A stretch of 64,000 nt of DNA from an uncultured Spirochaetota bacterium (GCA_963768055.1 CAVYGN010000001.1:640001-704000); one strand, 5' to 3'. Positions 51,880 to 61,871 are shown, counted from the stretch's first letter. Notes: generated by a model not told the origin, from the sequence alone. Numbers and translations: made by a program.

Positions 51880-53932
51880 ATGATTAGAAGAAAATTATCA
51901 GAAGAAATAGTCCAAAAAGACAAAAACCAAATTTGGAATGCCTTTATTGATTTAATAGCTTCAGAAAAAGAAATTGATTTGACGGACATACAAAAAAATG
52001 CCCAAAGAGCTTTCTGGTATCGGTTTTTGTCAAGGGAGTTGTCGCTTTTATTTTACGCCGCAACCAACGATTCCTTGTTAGTCTTACTCGGGTTTAAAAA
52101 TACCGATTCTATCCGTTCCCATTTTTTAGATTCTCCTGACCATCTTTCAGGATGTCTGCTTTTTGCAGCCGCATAAGTTTCCGCTCTCTTCAGGAGTATC
52201 GCCTTATCTTTACCTTCATGTCTCTGTGCTGGTGTGACATATCCGATCCCTGAATGAAGATGTTTATTATTATACCAGTCTACAAAATTTTGCATCCATA
52301 TTTCTACCGATTCCATTGTCTCGAAATTGCCTGGGTATTTCACATTATATTTCAATGTTTTAAACAATGATTCTGAGTAAGGGTTATCGTTACTTACACT
52401 CGGCCTTGAAAACGACGGCATAACCTGTAACCTCTGCAAGGTCGCTAACATCGTAGCCCCTTTCATAGGAGAACCATTATCAGAATGTAAATACAAGCCT
52501 TTCAAATCAATGGTTTCTCCGATCTCTGCCACCATTCTTGCGGCATGATCAGAGCTTTCCTCCTCGTGCATTTTCCAGCCGACTATCTTACGGCTCCAGA
52601 CATCTTCGATCATATAGAGGTAGAAATACTTACCTTTTATATGACTGGATATATATGTAATATCCCAACTCCATACCTGATTAGGACCCGTCGCTTCCAG
52701 TTCTCTTGGCGTTTTCCTTGCCGTTTTCGGCTTCGTTTCGTATCTATGGTGCAGCAAATCATTGTCCTTTAAAACGCGGTAAAAAGATGATTCTGATGCT
52801 ATATACCGACCTTCCTCTGCCAGCATGGGCACTATTTCATTCGGCGTCATATCTCTAAATCTCTCGCTGCAACAGCAGGAGATGATCTCCTCCCTTTCTT
52901 CGGCCGACAGGGCATTTGAAGGCATTACATTTCTCAATTTTCTTCTGTCTCCCTCAAGATTTTTATTCCAGCGCTGTATGGTCCTTATATCATAGCCAGA
53001 TTCTTCACAAGCCTTATCCCTGCTGGCCCCTGTCGTAACAGCCTCATTAATCAAGGCACAGATATCTATGCGTATATCCAATGGAGTTAATCTTCCTCGA
53101 TCCCGAACAGCTTGTTCAGTTTTTTTTTAAGCACCAGCAGAGAAGTAACCTCGGCTATAGTTTTATCCTTACGGTTAATTTCTTTTTCTAACTCTATGAT
53201 TTTTGCTTTCAAACCCTTGTTTTCTTCTCTGTATGAGTTATTAGATATCACTGATAAACACTCCTGTTTCCAGAGTTCGATATGAGTCGACTGGAGACCA
53301 TTTTTTCTCAACCACTGTCCTAACTCTTCTCCCGATTGGCTTGCTGCGTCTACTACCGCCTGATATTTATCAGATAATTTCCAGCCTCTCGGGCTTCTAT
53401 CCTGGAATCCTCTGGATACATTATTCTGGATCATTTTCCTCCAGTTGTAAAGGGTTTGTTCACATACTCCTATTTCCTGGCTCAGTTCAGATACTGTTTT
53501 TCCTCCTGGCATACACATCTTTTGAACGATAGATTTCCTGAATTCCTCTGAACGAATTTGACTATTCATTTTTTGTCTCCTAATATTTTAGGCGACAACT
53601 ATCCTAACACACGGGGGTATGATTCTGAATTACAAAATGGAGGACATCTTCAATATTTTGAAAATCATAGAAAGAATGATTACTTCGAAGTAATTAATTC
53701 ATTAAAAGCTATAGGGGCTGAAAAGCAATCTTCATTATTACTGAAGACATCAGTAATATTTTTAGGAAAAAAAAGAAAACCTATAAAAAGTGTTCAAAGT
53801 TATATTAAAAAAACTGAAAATGATGAATATAGCAAATTTGATTCTGAATATTATCATATCAAACCAGATGTAAATTTTTATCTTGAAGAATATTTGAAAA
53901 ATAATTTAAATGAATTTATTGAATTAAAATAA
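51880..53932 (+). pseudogene. DMP19/DUF4375-family gene interrupted by IS3 copy 2
   Basis: Removing the IS and one TSD restores AFWY|DSELQNGGHLQYFEN. Confidence 0.8.
52021..53616 (-). mobile_element. IS3-family insertion sequence, copy 2 (1596 bp)
   Basis: Same ORFs as copy 1 (orfB 52053-53081, orfA 53087-53569); 4-bp TSD GTAT. Confidence 0.95.
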
Positions 53933-53945
53933 AAATTAGTTGAAA

Positions 53946-54034
53946 CTCTTCCCCCCTCTGCTTCCCTTCCCCCTTTTCCAGCCTTTCTTTCTCCATTGAA
54001 TTTTTGATAAAAGCGCCGGGAGGGGATAGAATAA
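53946..54034 (+). repeat. Full-length cassette repeat with promoter
   Basis: CTCTTCCCCCCTCTGCTT...TTTTCCAGCCT...TTGATA(54004)-N17-TAGAAT(54027). Confidence 0.85.
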
Positions 54035-54076
54035 GGTAATGGGATTAAAAGGTTTAATCATTATTTTGGAGGTTTT

Positions 54077-54988
54077 ATGTTTAAGAGAGCTGTACTAATA
54101 ATTTTTTCTTTATTATGTTTTTCAAATTTAATGATATCAGATGAAATGAAAGACATATACACAAATTTATTGCAAAAAAGGGATTTTGATGCTTTGTACA
54201 TTCATTTAACAAATTGGGAAAAACAATCTCCAGATAATCCCGAAATGTATATTGGATTTTTCAATTATTATGTTTTTAGAAACAAAAAAGAAGGAGTTGT
54301 TTTAGGCAAAACTCCAAAATCAAATGCAGTGTTCAAATTTAATATTACAGATCCAAAAACAGGCAAAGTTGTTGGTTATATGAATGGCACCGAAATTTAT
54401 AACAGTGAAGATGTTCAAAAGGGGATAACATATATTGAAAAAGCTTTATCTTTGTATCCCAACCGACTTGACATGCATTTTGGCAAAGTTTATATACTTG
54501 GTGAAATTGAAGATTATAATAATTTCACTGAACAGCTTATTAAAATAATGGATATTTCTAAAATAAACAATAATAAATGGCTATGGGCAGATGGCAAAGA
54601 ATTGCCTGATGCAAAGAACTTTGTTGAAAATAATATTCAAGCAAAAATAAGGCAATTATTTGCACTCAGTTCTGATGAAGGAGATGAGTTATTATACACT
54701 CTTTCAAAGAAGTTGATTGAAGTTTATCCCGATTGCATTTACGGATATGATAATACAGGTTTATACTGCATGCTAAAAAAAGATTATAAAGGGAGTTTGT
54801 CTTACTTTAAACAAGCTGAGGCAATCAATTCAAAAGATGGTTATGTATTATGGCATATGGCAATAGCATATGAAAATATAAATGATTTAGATAATGCAAA
54901 AGCCTATTACATTAAAGTAATTTCTTATGGGGATGAGCAATTAAAAAGGAATGCAAAAAAGAAATTGGACATTTTAGAGAATAAATGA
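54077..54988 (+). CDS. Exported TPR-repeat protein
   Basis: Signal-like N-terminus; YPNRLDMHFG; C-terminal TPR-like helices. Confidence 0.7.
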   Translation: MFKRAVLIIFSLLCFSNLMISDEMKDIYTNLLQKRDFDALYIHLTNWEKQSPDNPEMYIGFFNYYVFRNKKEGVVLGKTPKSNAVFKFNITDPKTGKVVGYMNGTEIYNSEDVQKGITYIEKALSLYPNRLDMHFGKVYILGEIEDYNNFTEQLIKIMDISKINNNKWLWADGKELPDAKNFVENNIQAKIRQLFALSSDEGDELLYTLSKKLIEVYPDCIYGYDNTGLYCMLKKDYKGSLSYFKQAEAINSKDGYVLWHMAIAYENINDLDNAKAYYIKVISYGDEQLKRNAKKKLDILENK

Positions 54989-54997
54989 AAATTTAAC

Positions 54998-55053
54998 GCT
55001 TCCCCCATTTGCTTTGATAAAACAGATAAAAGCGCCTGGAGGGGATAGAATAA
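54998..55053 (+). repeat. Cassette repeat, internally rearranged
   Basis: GCTTCCCCCATTTGCTTTGATAAAACAGATAAAAGCGCCTGGAGGGGATAGAATAA. Confidence 0.8.
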
Positions 55054-55084
55054 TGAAACGGATTGTTTAAGGGATAATAAACTT

Positions 55085-55384
55085 ATGTCAGTTTATATGA
55101 TTATTGAATACAAAAAAATCGAAAATGAAGCTGTATATAATGATTATATAATTCGGGCAGAACCAATTATTAAGAAATATAATGGTGAATATATAGTAAG
55201 AACCAATAAGATTAAATATCTCAATAATGATGATTGTAATCCAAAAAGAATAGTAATAATTAAGTTTCCATCGAATGAAAATTTGGATAAATGTTTTAAT
55301 AGTGAAGAATATAAGAAGATAAAATTATTAAGAGAAGATTCAACAATTAGCAGGGCAGTAATTGTTGAGGGATATGTATCATAA
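55085..55384 (+). CDS. DUF1330 family protein
   Basis: IKKYNGEYIVR...RIVIIKFPS...FNSEEYKKIKLLR...VEG. Confidence 0.85.
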   Translation: MSVYMIIEYKKIENEAVYNDYIIRAEPIIKKYNGEYIVRTNKIKYLNNDDCNPKRIVIIKFPSNENLDKCFNSEEYKKIKLLREDSTISRAVIVEGYVS

Positions 55385-55405
55385 AACAAAATATAATGAG
55401 GTAAT

Positions 55406-56161
55406 ATGAAGACTTTTTATATTCTTTTTTTATTTTCTTTTATTCTACTATCATGTGAAAGGCATCCAACTATAAATCATGTAATAATTAACGAAGATTA
55501 TTATTATAAAATTTTAAAAACGACTCAATTATATGACATTAATAAACTTCTTTATTTTATTGATTTTAACGATCATCATGGCGGAGTTTACTTCGGAAAA
55601 GAATTGAAATATCATGATTTCCATAGTTTTCAAATTGCTCAAGATCAGGATTTTAAGAAGATTAATAGCTATATTATATTTATTGTTAGTAATAGCATAA
55701 ATCAATTATACAGGGGAAAATATTATTATGTTATTTATTGGACCATAGATAATAAAGTAATAAAAAGAGGTCATTTTTATGACTCAATAACAGGAGAAGG
55801 GGGAAGTGGATTTCTTGAAATAAGAAATTTATACATATTAACCCCATCAGAAGCTGTAGAATATTTTACAAATAAATATTCGATAAATACAGAAGTGGTT
55901 GAACCTATTGAAGCAGTATATTTAAAAACTTCATTTTGGGTACAATTGGAATCTTTTTGGTTTTACAAAATAAAATTTATAAAAAATGTTTCTATTAATA
56001 ATCATATAAATAAAGAGTATTACATAAGTCCATTTGTCTTAAAAACAAATAAAAATGAAAAGCCGAGTGATTATAATTATAGTCTAATAATATTTCCAAA
56101 TTATACGTCAAGATGTTATTTTATTGATAATAAAGGAGAAATGACTCCACTAAATAGATAG
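55406..56161 (+). CDS. Hypothetical lipoprotein
   Basis: GAGG RBS; LLSC lipobox. Confidence 0.6.
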   Translation: MKTFYILFLFSFILLSCERHPTINHVIINEDYYYKILKTTQLYDINKLLYFIDFNDHHGGVYFGKELKYHDFHSFQIAQDQDFKKINSYIIFIVSNSINQLYRGKYYYVIYWTIDNKVIKRGHFYDSITGEGGSGFLEIRNLYILTPSEAVEYFTNKYSINTEVVEPIEAVYLKTSFWVQLESFWFYKIKFIKNVSINNHINKEYYISPFVLKTNKNEKPSDYNYSLIIFPNYTSRCYFIDNKGEMTPLNR

Positions 56162-56169
56162 ATACTTTG

Positions 56170-56241
56170 TCTGCTTTCCCATTTTCCGGCATTCCCAAAC
56201 AATTGAATTTTTGATAAAAACGCCAGGAGGGGATAGAATAA
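56170..56241 (+). repeat. Cassette repeat with promoter
   Basis: TTGATA(56211)-N17-TAGAAT(56234). Confidence 0.8.
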
Positions 56242-56260
56242 AGAAAAAATGAGGGTTATT

Positions 56261-57544
56261 ATGAAACAAAGATTTGTTTTTATTATCATTTTAATTTTTA
56301 TCAATTCATATTCTTTTTCTGATTTTAACCACAGGTCGATAACAAGCTGTATATTATCAATGCCAACAAATTTTTCTGGTTTTGAATTCAAGGTTATTAG
56401 TAATGAATTATATTATTATGGCAATGATTATTATGGCTATAATAGCTCATTTAAAAAAGTATTTTTAGATGAAAAAAATGGTTATATTAAAATATTCCCA
56501 AACCCACGTAATATAAGTTCTGGGAATCTTAAATTCTACCCTGGAGATTTCTATGATACATATGCACTATTTTTAGACAGTAATAACAATCCTTATATTT
56601 CAAGGTTTGAATATTTCATTAATGAAAATAAGGATTTAGAAACATCTATAATGATATATTCATATTCCATTGAATGGTTTTTGTGTAGCAATATTATTTC
56701 CAATTTTTCAATTAATGATTTTTACACAAACACCAATATTGATATTCCTAATGATAATATATTGATATTTTATGAATTACCACAATATGGAACAATAATC
56801 AGAGTCGAGCCTTATTTAATTAATAATACTGATTTTGAATATATTCCGAATTTTGATTATATAGAGTTGAATTGGGACAAAACAAATGGTGTGTTTTTTA
56901 TTAACAATAAGCATTTAAATAAAAATAAATTATTTTTTGTAAACAAGTTAGCTTATGAATCTACTTCATATAAAGATTATTTAATTCTTAATGATACTAA
57001 TAAAAACGAATTACTATTAAATATGGTAAATTCAATCAAAACTATTGACGATTGTGAGAAATTATACTGGATTCTTATTGCTAATAAGTTTGAAGATATA
57101 AAATTAACTTTTAATATTATACAACCCTTCACACATAAAGTTATGGAATTTTATAATAAGTACCCTGTTCAAGTAATTTCAATGTGTACAGGTTTAAATC
57201 ATGGTGGAGCAGCATCAGATGAACAAGCAGTATTTTTATTTGAATACTTATACTGGAGGAATCCATATCTATACTTATCCTCAATAAGTCAAACAAATAT
57301 AATAGATAATTATTTTCTTCCTAATGATTCTGGGGAATTAATCAAAGATTATATGTATTGGCTACCTAAAAGTAATTATGATATCGAAGCCTTTGGTGGA
57401 ATAACACCTGAGAATAAAAATAAAGTCAGAAATCAAACAAGAAAAGATGTCATTAATTTAATAAATAAATTACCAGAAAATGAAAGATGGATTTCAAATA
57501 AAATTATTAAGCATACTTACTTTATGACACATCCCGATGAATGA
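56261..57544 (+). CDS. Hypothetical exported protein
   Basis: Long ORF with signal-like N-terminus. Confidence 0.6.
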   Translation: MKQRFVFIIILIFINSYSFSDFNHRSITSCILSMPTNFSGFEFKVISNELYYYGNDYYGYNSSFKKVFLDEKNGYIKIFPNPRNISSGNLKFYPGDFYDTYALFLDSNNNPYISRFEYFINENKDLETSIMIYSYSIEWFLCSNIISNFSINDFYTNTNIDIPNDNILIFYELPQYGTIIRVEPYLINNTDFEYIPNFDYIELNWDKTNGVFFINNKHLNKNKLFFVNKLAYESTSYKDYLILNDTNKNELLLNMVNSIKTIDDCEKLYWILIANKFEDIKLTFNIIQPFTHKVMEFYNKYPVQVISMCTGLNHGGAASDEQAVFLFEYLYWRNPYLYLSSISQTNIIDNYFLPNDSGELIKDYMYWLPKSNYDIEAFGGITPENKNKVRNQTRKDVINLINKLPENERWISNKIIKHTYFMTHPDE

Positions 57545-57554
57545 AATAATTTGA

Positions 57555-57593
57555 GCTCTTCCCCCTCTGCTTTGCCTGCTGTGAGGGATGGGG
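57555..57593 (+). repeat. Short-form cassette repeat
   Basis: GCTCTTCCCCCTCTGCTTTGCCTGCTGTGAGGGATGGGG. Confidence 0.85.
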
Positions 57594-57612
57594 AGGATAG
57601 GGAGAATTAGTT

Positions 57613-58212
57613 ATGCGAGATATAATTACTATATTATTCAATAACTTTGAAACCATTGATGTCTTTGGACCAATAGAAGTATTTGGAAGATTAAACGACA
57701 ATTTTAATTCGCAATTTTATTCACAAAATGGCGGGATTATTGTAAGCAGTCAGAATGTCCCAATAATGACCAGGGCAATATCAGAAATAAATTCGAATAA
57801 TTACATACTCTTCATACCTGGTGGAATTGGAACAAGGGAATTGTTCAAAGATAAGGTATTTATTGATAGTCTTAAGTCATTGTCAAAAGATGCTGAGTTT
57901 ATATTTACGGTCTGCACTGGTTCAATTTTATTCTCTAAAACAGGATTGTTAAACGGGAAAAAAGCGACTTCAAACAAACGGTTTTTTGAGACGACAAAAG
58001 AATCTCCTGATGTAAACTGGATAAAAAAAGCTCGGTGGGTGAAAGATGGAAATATTTATACGAGTTCGGGCATAAGCGCTGGAATCGATATGGCATTAGG
58101 GTTTATATCTGACTTATTAGGTTATTCTATTGCGAAACAACAGAGCAATGAAATTGAATATGACTGGAAAGAAGATCCTGACTGGGACCCATTGTCAGAG
58201 TTATATAAATAA
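57613..58212 (+). CDS. DJ-1/PfpI family protein
   Basis: FETIDVFGP, IPGG, VCTGS, TSSGISAGIDMAL. Confidence 0.9.
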   Translation: MRDIITILFNNFETIDVFGPIEVFGRLNDNFNSQFYSQNGGIIVSSQNVPIMTRAISEINSNNYILFIPGGIGTRELFKDKVFIDSLKSLSKDAEFIFTVCTGSILFSKTGLLNGKKATSNKRFFETTKESPDVNWIKKARWVKDGNIYTSSGISAGIDMALGFISDLLGYSIAKQQSNEIEYDWKEDPDWDPLSELYK

Positions 58213-58237
58213 TACTCCTTTTAGTTAACTTGTTTAC

Positions 58238-58294
58238 CTGCCAGCCTTCCTCTTTCCAGCCTGCCAGACAATTGAATTTTTGATAAAAGTGCCA
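58238..58294 (+). repeat. Cassette repeat truncated within the promoter spacer
   Basis: TTTCCAGCCTGCCAGACAATTGAATTTTTGATAAAAGTGCCA then diverges. Confidence 0.8.
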
Positions 58295-58473
58295 ATCATA
58301 ATGTCTCTGCATTTTACCTGCATTGCGGGTACATTAATTTTACCAATTGAATATTTTAAGATATAATATATTGCTATCACCAATAAAACTGCAAGACATA
58401 TGGGCTTGCGACTTCCTTTCTTTCTGACGGATAAATAGACCGTTAAAAAAATATTTTAAGAGAAGGAGTATTT

Positions 58474-59013
58474 ATGGTGAACCTATCTGTATTAAAGGAA
58501 CCAACGGAACTATCATTGCTCATATCCTTTTGCGACCTAAGCAATTTTGCAAAATTATCACAAAAGATGAATGAATTTGAACTCTTCAAATTTGTTTCAA
58601 ATTTCTATGGGCAAATAGGAGAAATTATCGAATCATCAGGCGGAACAATAATTAAGTTTATTGGTGATGAAGCCTTAATAATCTATCCGGAGGATAAAAT
58701 TGATATAGGTGTTATAAGTGTGTTAAAATTGAAGCATTTAATTGACGGACAGAACAAAGGTAATGGAATTGATTCACGACTAAATGTTAAAATTCATTTT
58801 GGAAAAGTAGTTGCTGGGTTATTGGGGACACAATCTACAAAGCGCCTGGATATTATTGGTAAAGAAGTGAATACAGCGGCTTTACTAAAATCTAATGGAT
58901 TCGCGATGACACCCGAAGTATTCAGAAAATTAAACAAAGAAACAAGAACTTTGTTTAAAAAGCATACACCTCCAATAACTTATATCCCTTTAGAAGAAAG
59001 GCATAAAGATTAA
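58474..59013 (+). CDS. Class III adenylate/guanylate cyclase domain protein
   Basis: FCDLSNF, IKFIGDE, IHFGKV, DIIGKEVNTAA. Confidence 0.85.
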   Translation: MVNLSVLKEPTELSLLISFCDLSNFAKLSQKMNEFELFKFVSNFYGQIGEIIESSGGTIIKFIGDEALIIYPEDKIDIGVISVLKLKHLIDGQNKGNGIDSRLNVKIHFGKVVAGLLGTQSTKRLDIIGKEVNTAALLKSNGFAMTPEVFRKLNKETRTLFKKHTPPITYIPLEERHKD

Positions 59014-59061
59014 TTTAAATTGTATTGGTGATAGCATAATTTAATTCTGTCCTTGAGCCTG

Positions 59062-59137
59062 CATTTTAGCCTGCCTCCTTGTTCATACTCCCATACTTCA
59101 TTAATTTTGATAAAAGTGCCAGGAGGGGATAGAATAA
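59062..59137 (+). repeat. Cassette repeat with promoter
   Basis: TTGATA(59107)-AAAGTGCCAGGAGGGGA-TAGAAT(59130). Confidence 0.8.
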
Positions 59138-59162
59138 AGGAAAATTATGATTGGATGGATTT

Positions 59163-59582
59163 ATGAATATAAGGTTTTACAATAATGATTCAGACCAGGA
59201 ATCTGTTATTGAATTATGGAAGTCGGCGTTTAATTATGATTCACCCCACAATGATCCATTAACCTCAATAAAAAGGAAAATAGAATATAATGACAATCTG
59301 TTTTTTGTGGCAGAAACTGATGATAGAAAAATTATAGGTACAATTATGGCTGGATATGATGGACATAGGGGATGGATTTATTCACTTGCTGTTAAACAAA
59401 AACACAGGAATGAAGGGATTGGTACATTATTACTTCATTATGCTGAAAATGAATTATTGAAATTAAACTGCCCTAAAATCAACTTGCAAATATTGGCTTC
59501 CAATCAGGAAGTAATCGATTTTTATAAAAAGAATGGCTACAATATTGAGGAAAGGATAAGTATGGGTAAAAAGCTTTGTTAA
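59163..59582 (+). CDS. GNAT acetyltransferase (YpeA-like)
   Basis: MAGYDGHRGWIYSLAV, CPKINLQI, FYKKNGY..EERISMGK. Confidence 0.9.
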   Translation: MNIRFYNNDSDQESVIELWKSAFNYDSPHNDPLTSIKRKIEYNDNLFFVAETDDRKIIGTIMAGYDGHRGWIYSLAVKQKHRNEGIGTLLLHYAENELLKLNCPKINLQILASNQEVIDFYKKNGYNIEERISMGKKLC

Positions 59583-59603
59583 TCTGATAACAAAGATTTT
59601 GCA

Positions 59604-59663
59604 CTTCCCCCCTGCTTACCCTTCCTTCCTTTTTCAGCTTGCCCTCAAGGTAATTTTGATAAA
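59604..59663 (+). repeat. Cassette repeat truncated after the -35 element
   Basis: CTTCCCCCCTGCTT...TTTTCAGCTTGCC...AATTTTGATAAA. Confidence 0.75.
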
Positions 59664-59664
59664 T

Positions 59665-59763
59665 GATATAACAATAGTACTCAATGAGCCCCCTTTGGAA
59701 AATTGGGGATTGGCAGGAAAATCTGGAGAAGAAGCAAATATCGGATTCAATTTAAACGTTTAG
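59665..59763 (+). pseudogene. 3' remnant of a tautomerase-family gene
   Basis: DITIVLNEPPLENWGLAGKSGEEANIGFNLNV* lies between two repeat copies. Confidence 0.6.
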
Positions 59764-59767
59764 AATA

Positions 59768-59812
59768 GCTCTTCCCCCTCTGCTTTGCCTGTTATGAGGG
59801 ATGGGGTGAGGG
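59768..59812 (+). repeat. Short-form cassette repeat
   Basis: GCTCTTCCCCCTCTGCTTTGCCTGTTATGAGGGATGGGGTGAGGG. Confidence 0.85.
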
Positions 59813-59839
59813 TGAAGGATATATATAGGATAGGTAGTT

Positions 59840-60202
59840 ATGGGGCAATCTACTTCACAGACCACAGCTTTTTTTGAGGAAATTACTTTTAATAAAATTG
59901 TTTGGACAATTAAAGATGAAAAAGGATTTCCTGCTCCTTTAAACGCCGATGGTAAACGAGCTCAGCCATTTTGGTCTTCAAAATTGAGAGTTGAAAGAAT
60001 AATTAAAAAAGTAAAAGCATATTCTATATTTTCAATTCATGAAATATCTTTAAATAATTTTATAGAAAAATGGATTCCAGGGTTGAAAAAAGAAATATTG
60101 GTAGGTATTAATTGGTCTGGTGAAGAACAACGGGTTATGATTTTGAGCCAAAAGAGGTATTGGAAACAATCGAATATTATCTTTCTAAAGAAAAATGAAT
60201 AA
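59840..60202 (+). CDS. DUF2750 family protein (likely frameshift near the 3' end)
   Basis: VWTIKDEKGFPAP...AQPFWSS...VGINWSG; GYDFEPKEV appears in another frame. Confidence 0.7.
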   Translation: MGQSTSQTTAFFEEITFNKIVWTIKDEKGFPAPLNADGKRAQPFWSSKLRVERIIKKVKAYSIFSIHEISLNNFIEKWIPGLKKEILVGINWSGEEQRVMILSQKRYWKQSNIIFLKKNE

Positions 60203-60253
60203 GGAAATTTTGATGCGGATGAAAAAATAAAAAATATGATATTAAGCCTTAAT

Positions 60254-60280
60254 CTCTGCTTTGCCTGCTATAAGGGATGG
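60254..60280 (+). repeat. Short-form cassette repeat
   Basis: CTCTGCTTTGCCTGCTATAAGGGATGG. Confidence 0.8.
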
Positions 60281-60306
60281 TGTTTAAGGATCAAAGGAGA
60301 AAATTA

Positions 60307-61068
60307 ATGGAACTGGCTCAAGAACAATACAATAATATATCATATTACTACGAGATATTTTATTCGGGAATAGATTCAATCCAGTTCGAAAATGATTTTA
60401 TAAACCAGTTTAAGGAATATCTGGATAGGGTGCCAAATAATGCAAAAATTTGTGATTGCGCCTGTGGTAATGGAATTCAGGCTATAGCTCTGAAAAGACA
60501 AGGCTTTGATGTTATGGCAACAGATATTAGTGATGAAATGATAAGGTTGACTATAAAAAAAGCAAAGGAGAACAATTTAGATTTTCCAATAAAAAGAATG
60601 TCCTGGAAAGAACTATCGATAAGTAATCCAGACAAATTTGATGCTGTATTCTGCTGGGGAAATTCAATTAGTAATAGCCTGTCAAAACAGGAAATGATAG
60701 ATAACCTTAAATCGATTTATCAGACAATCAGGGCAAATGGAAAATTATTCATAGATACAAGAAATTGGGATAAATTAGTTAAAACCAAGCAGAGGTATTA
60801 TACCTATGATATCAAAGAATATATTGGTAAGAAATATTTACCCTTTTACATTATGAACATTGGCAATTTTGATGAGCAAAGTAATCTTGAAATGTTATTC
60901 CTTGAAATCAAAGATAATTTAAAAACAGAATGCATCGGGTTTAAATTAGATTTTATGCCCTTTACACATAATGATTTTAAACTGCGATTGAAAGAAGTTG
61001 GATTCAAAATATTGAAAGATAATTATAAGGATGATGAGGATTTTTATTATCTTGTGCTTGAGAAATAG
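60307..61068 (+). CDS. Class I SAM-dependent methyltransferase
   Basis: ICDCACGNG, ATDIS, FDAVFCWGNS. Confidence 0.9.
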   Translation: MELAQEQYNNISYYYEIFYSGIDSIQFENDFINQFKEYLDRVPNNAKICDCACGNGIQAIALKRQGFDVMATDISDEMIRLTIKKAKENNLDFPIKRMSWKELSISNPDKFDAVFCWGNSISNSLSKQEMIDNLKSIYQTIRANGKLFIDTRNWDKLVKTKQRYYTYDIKEYIGKKYLPFYIMNIGNFDEQSNLEMLFLEIKDNLKTECIGFKLDFMPFTHNDFKLRLKEVGFKILKDNYKDDEDFYYLVLEK

Positions 61069-61075
61069 ATGATTA

Positions 61076-61148
61076 CTCTGCCTGCCTCAGTATACCACTG
61101 TCATTCTCCGTTGAAATTTTGATAAAAGCGCCAAGATGGAATAAAATA
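61076..61148 (+). repeat. Cassette repeat with promoter
   Basis: TGTCATTCTCCGTTGAAAT-TTGATA(61119)-N17-TAAAAT(61142). Confidence 0.75.
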
Positions 61149-61176
61149 AAGACGAATTGTGAAGGAATAGAATAGT

Positions 61177-61758
61177 ATGGGAAAATATGACGCAATGACT
61201 GGTAATGAACGTCTTTGGGTAAGTGGTTTGATGGATGAGTTTGATGTTGCCAAAATTAATAATAAGCGAAGAGCATATGAAATATTAAAAAGTTTGGATT
61301 TTGATGAGGCATCAATTTTAAAAATATTAGAATTGGCATTTCCAATTAATATTCTTCTCAAAGCTGCATGTAATTATTATCCATATAATGTAATAAAAGA
61401 ATTAGAGAAATTTAAACATAATGACTTACTTTCAGTAGGTTGGGGATATTTCAATAAGGAAATAATTAACGATATTGAAAATAGAAAAAATATGAATAAT
61501 TTATTTGTTTTTACAAATGATGAATTGGTTCAATATTTAAGGACAAACAAAGATTTATGTGAAAAAATATTCAATGAATCTTATGACAAAAGAATAACTC
61601 GATCAACATTTATTCAAGAAAATAAAGGCAAATTCGAAGTTGGAATATATGATAATGAATACAAAGAATTAAAAATATGGGACTATTTATTTGTTGGTGT
61701 TGCAGATTACATTTTATTAACCTGGGGTCTTGGTCGATTAGGTTATCCTTATGAATAA
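61177..61758 (+). CDS. Hypothetical protein
   Basis: 193-aa ORF between two repeat copies. Confidence 0.6.
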   Translation: MGKYDAMTGNERLWVSGLMDEFDVAKINNKRRAYEILKSLDFDEASILKILELAFPINILLKAACNYYPYNVIKELEKFKHNDLLSVGWGYFNKEIINDIENRKNMNNLFVFTNDELVQYLRTNKDLCEKIFNESYDKRITRSTFIQENKGKFEVGIYDNEYKELKIWDYLFVGVADYILLTWGLGRLGYPYE

Positions 61759-61765
61759 ATTTAAA

Positions 61766-61798
61766 GCTCTTCCCCCTTTGCTTTGCCTACTGAGGGAT
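61766..61798 (+). repeat. Short-form cassette repeat
   Basis: GCTCTTCCCCCTTTGCTTTGCCTACTGAGGGAT. Confidence 0.8.
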
Positions 61799-61871
61799 AT
61801 AAAGGAATTATGATGAAAGATTGGAGCTAAGAGAGCTGAAAGGGAAGGCGAAAAAGGAAAGGAATAGTTCA

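Noticed and set aside
994..61361. Many short antisense or overlapping ORFs in the track (e.g. 1255-1698, 17562-18077, 18534-19106, 38930-39394)
   Set aside because: Shadow frames of well-supported genes, with no RBS or recognisable motifs.
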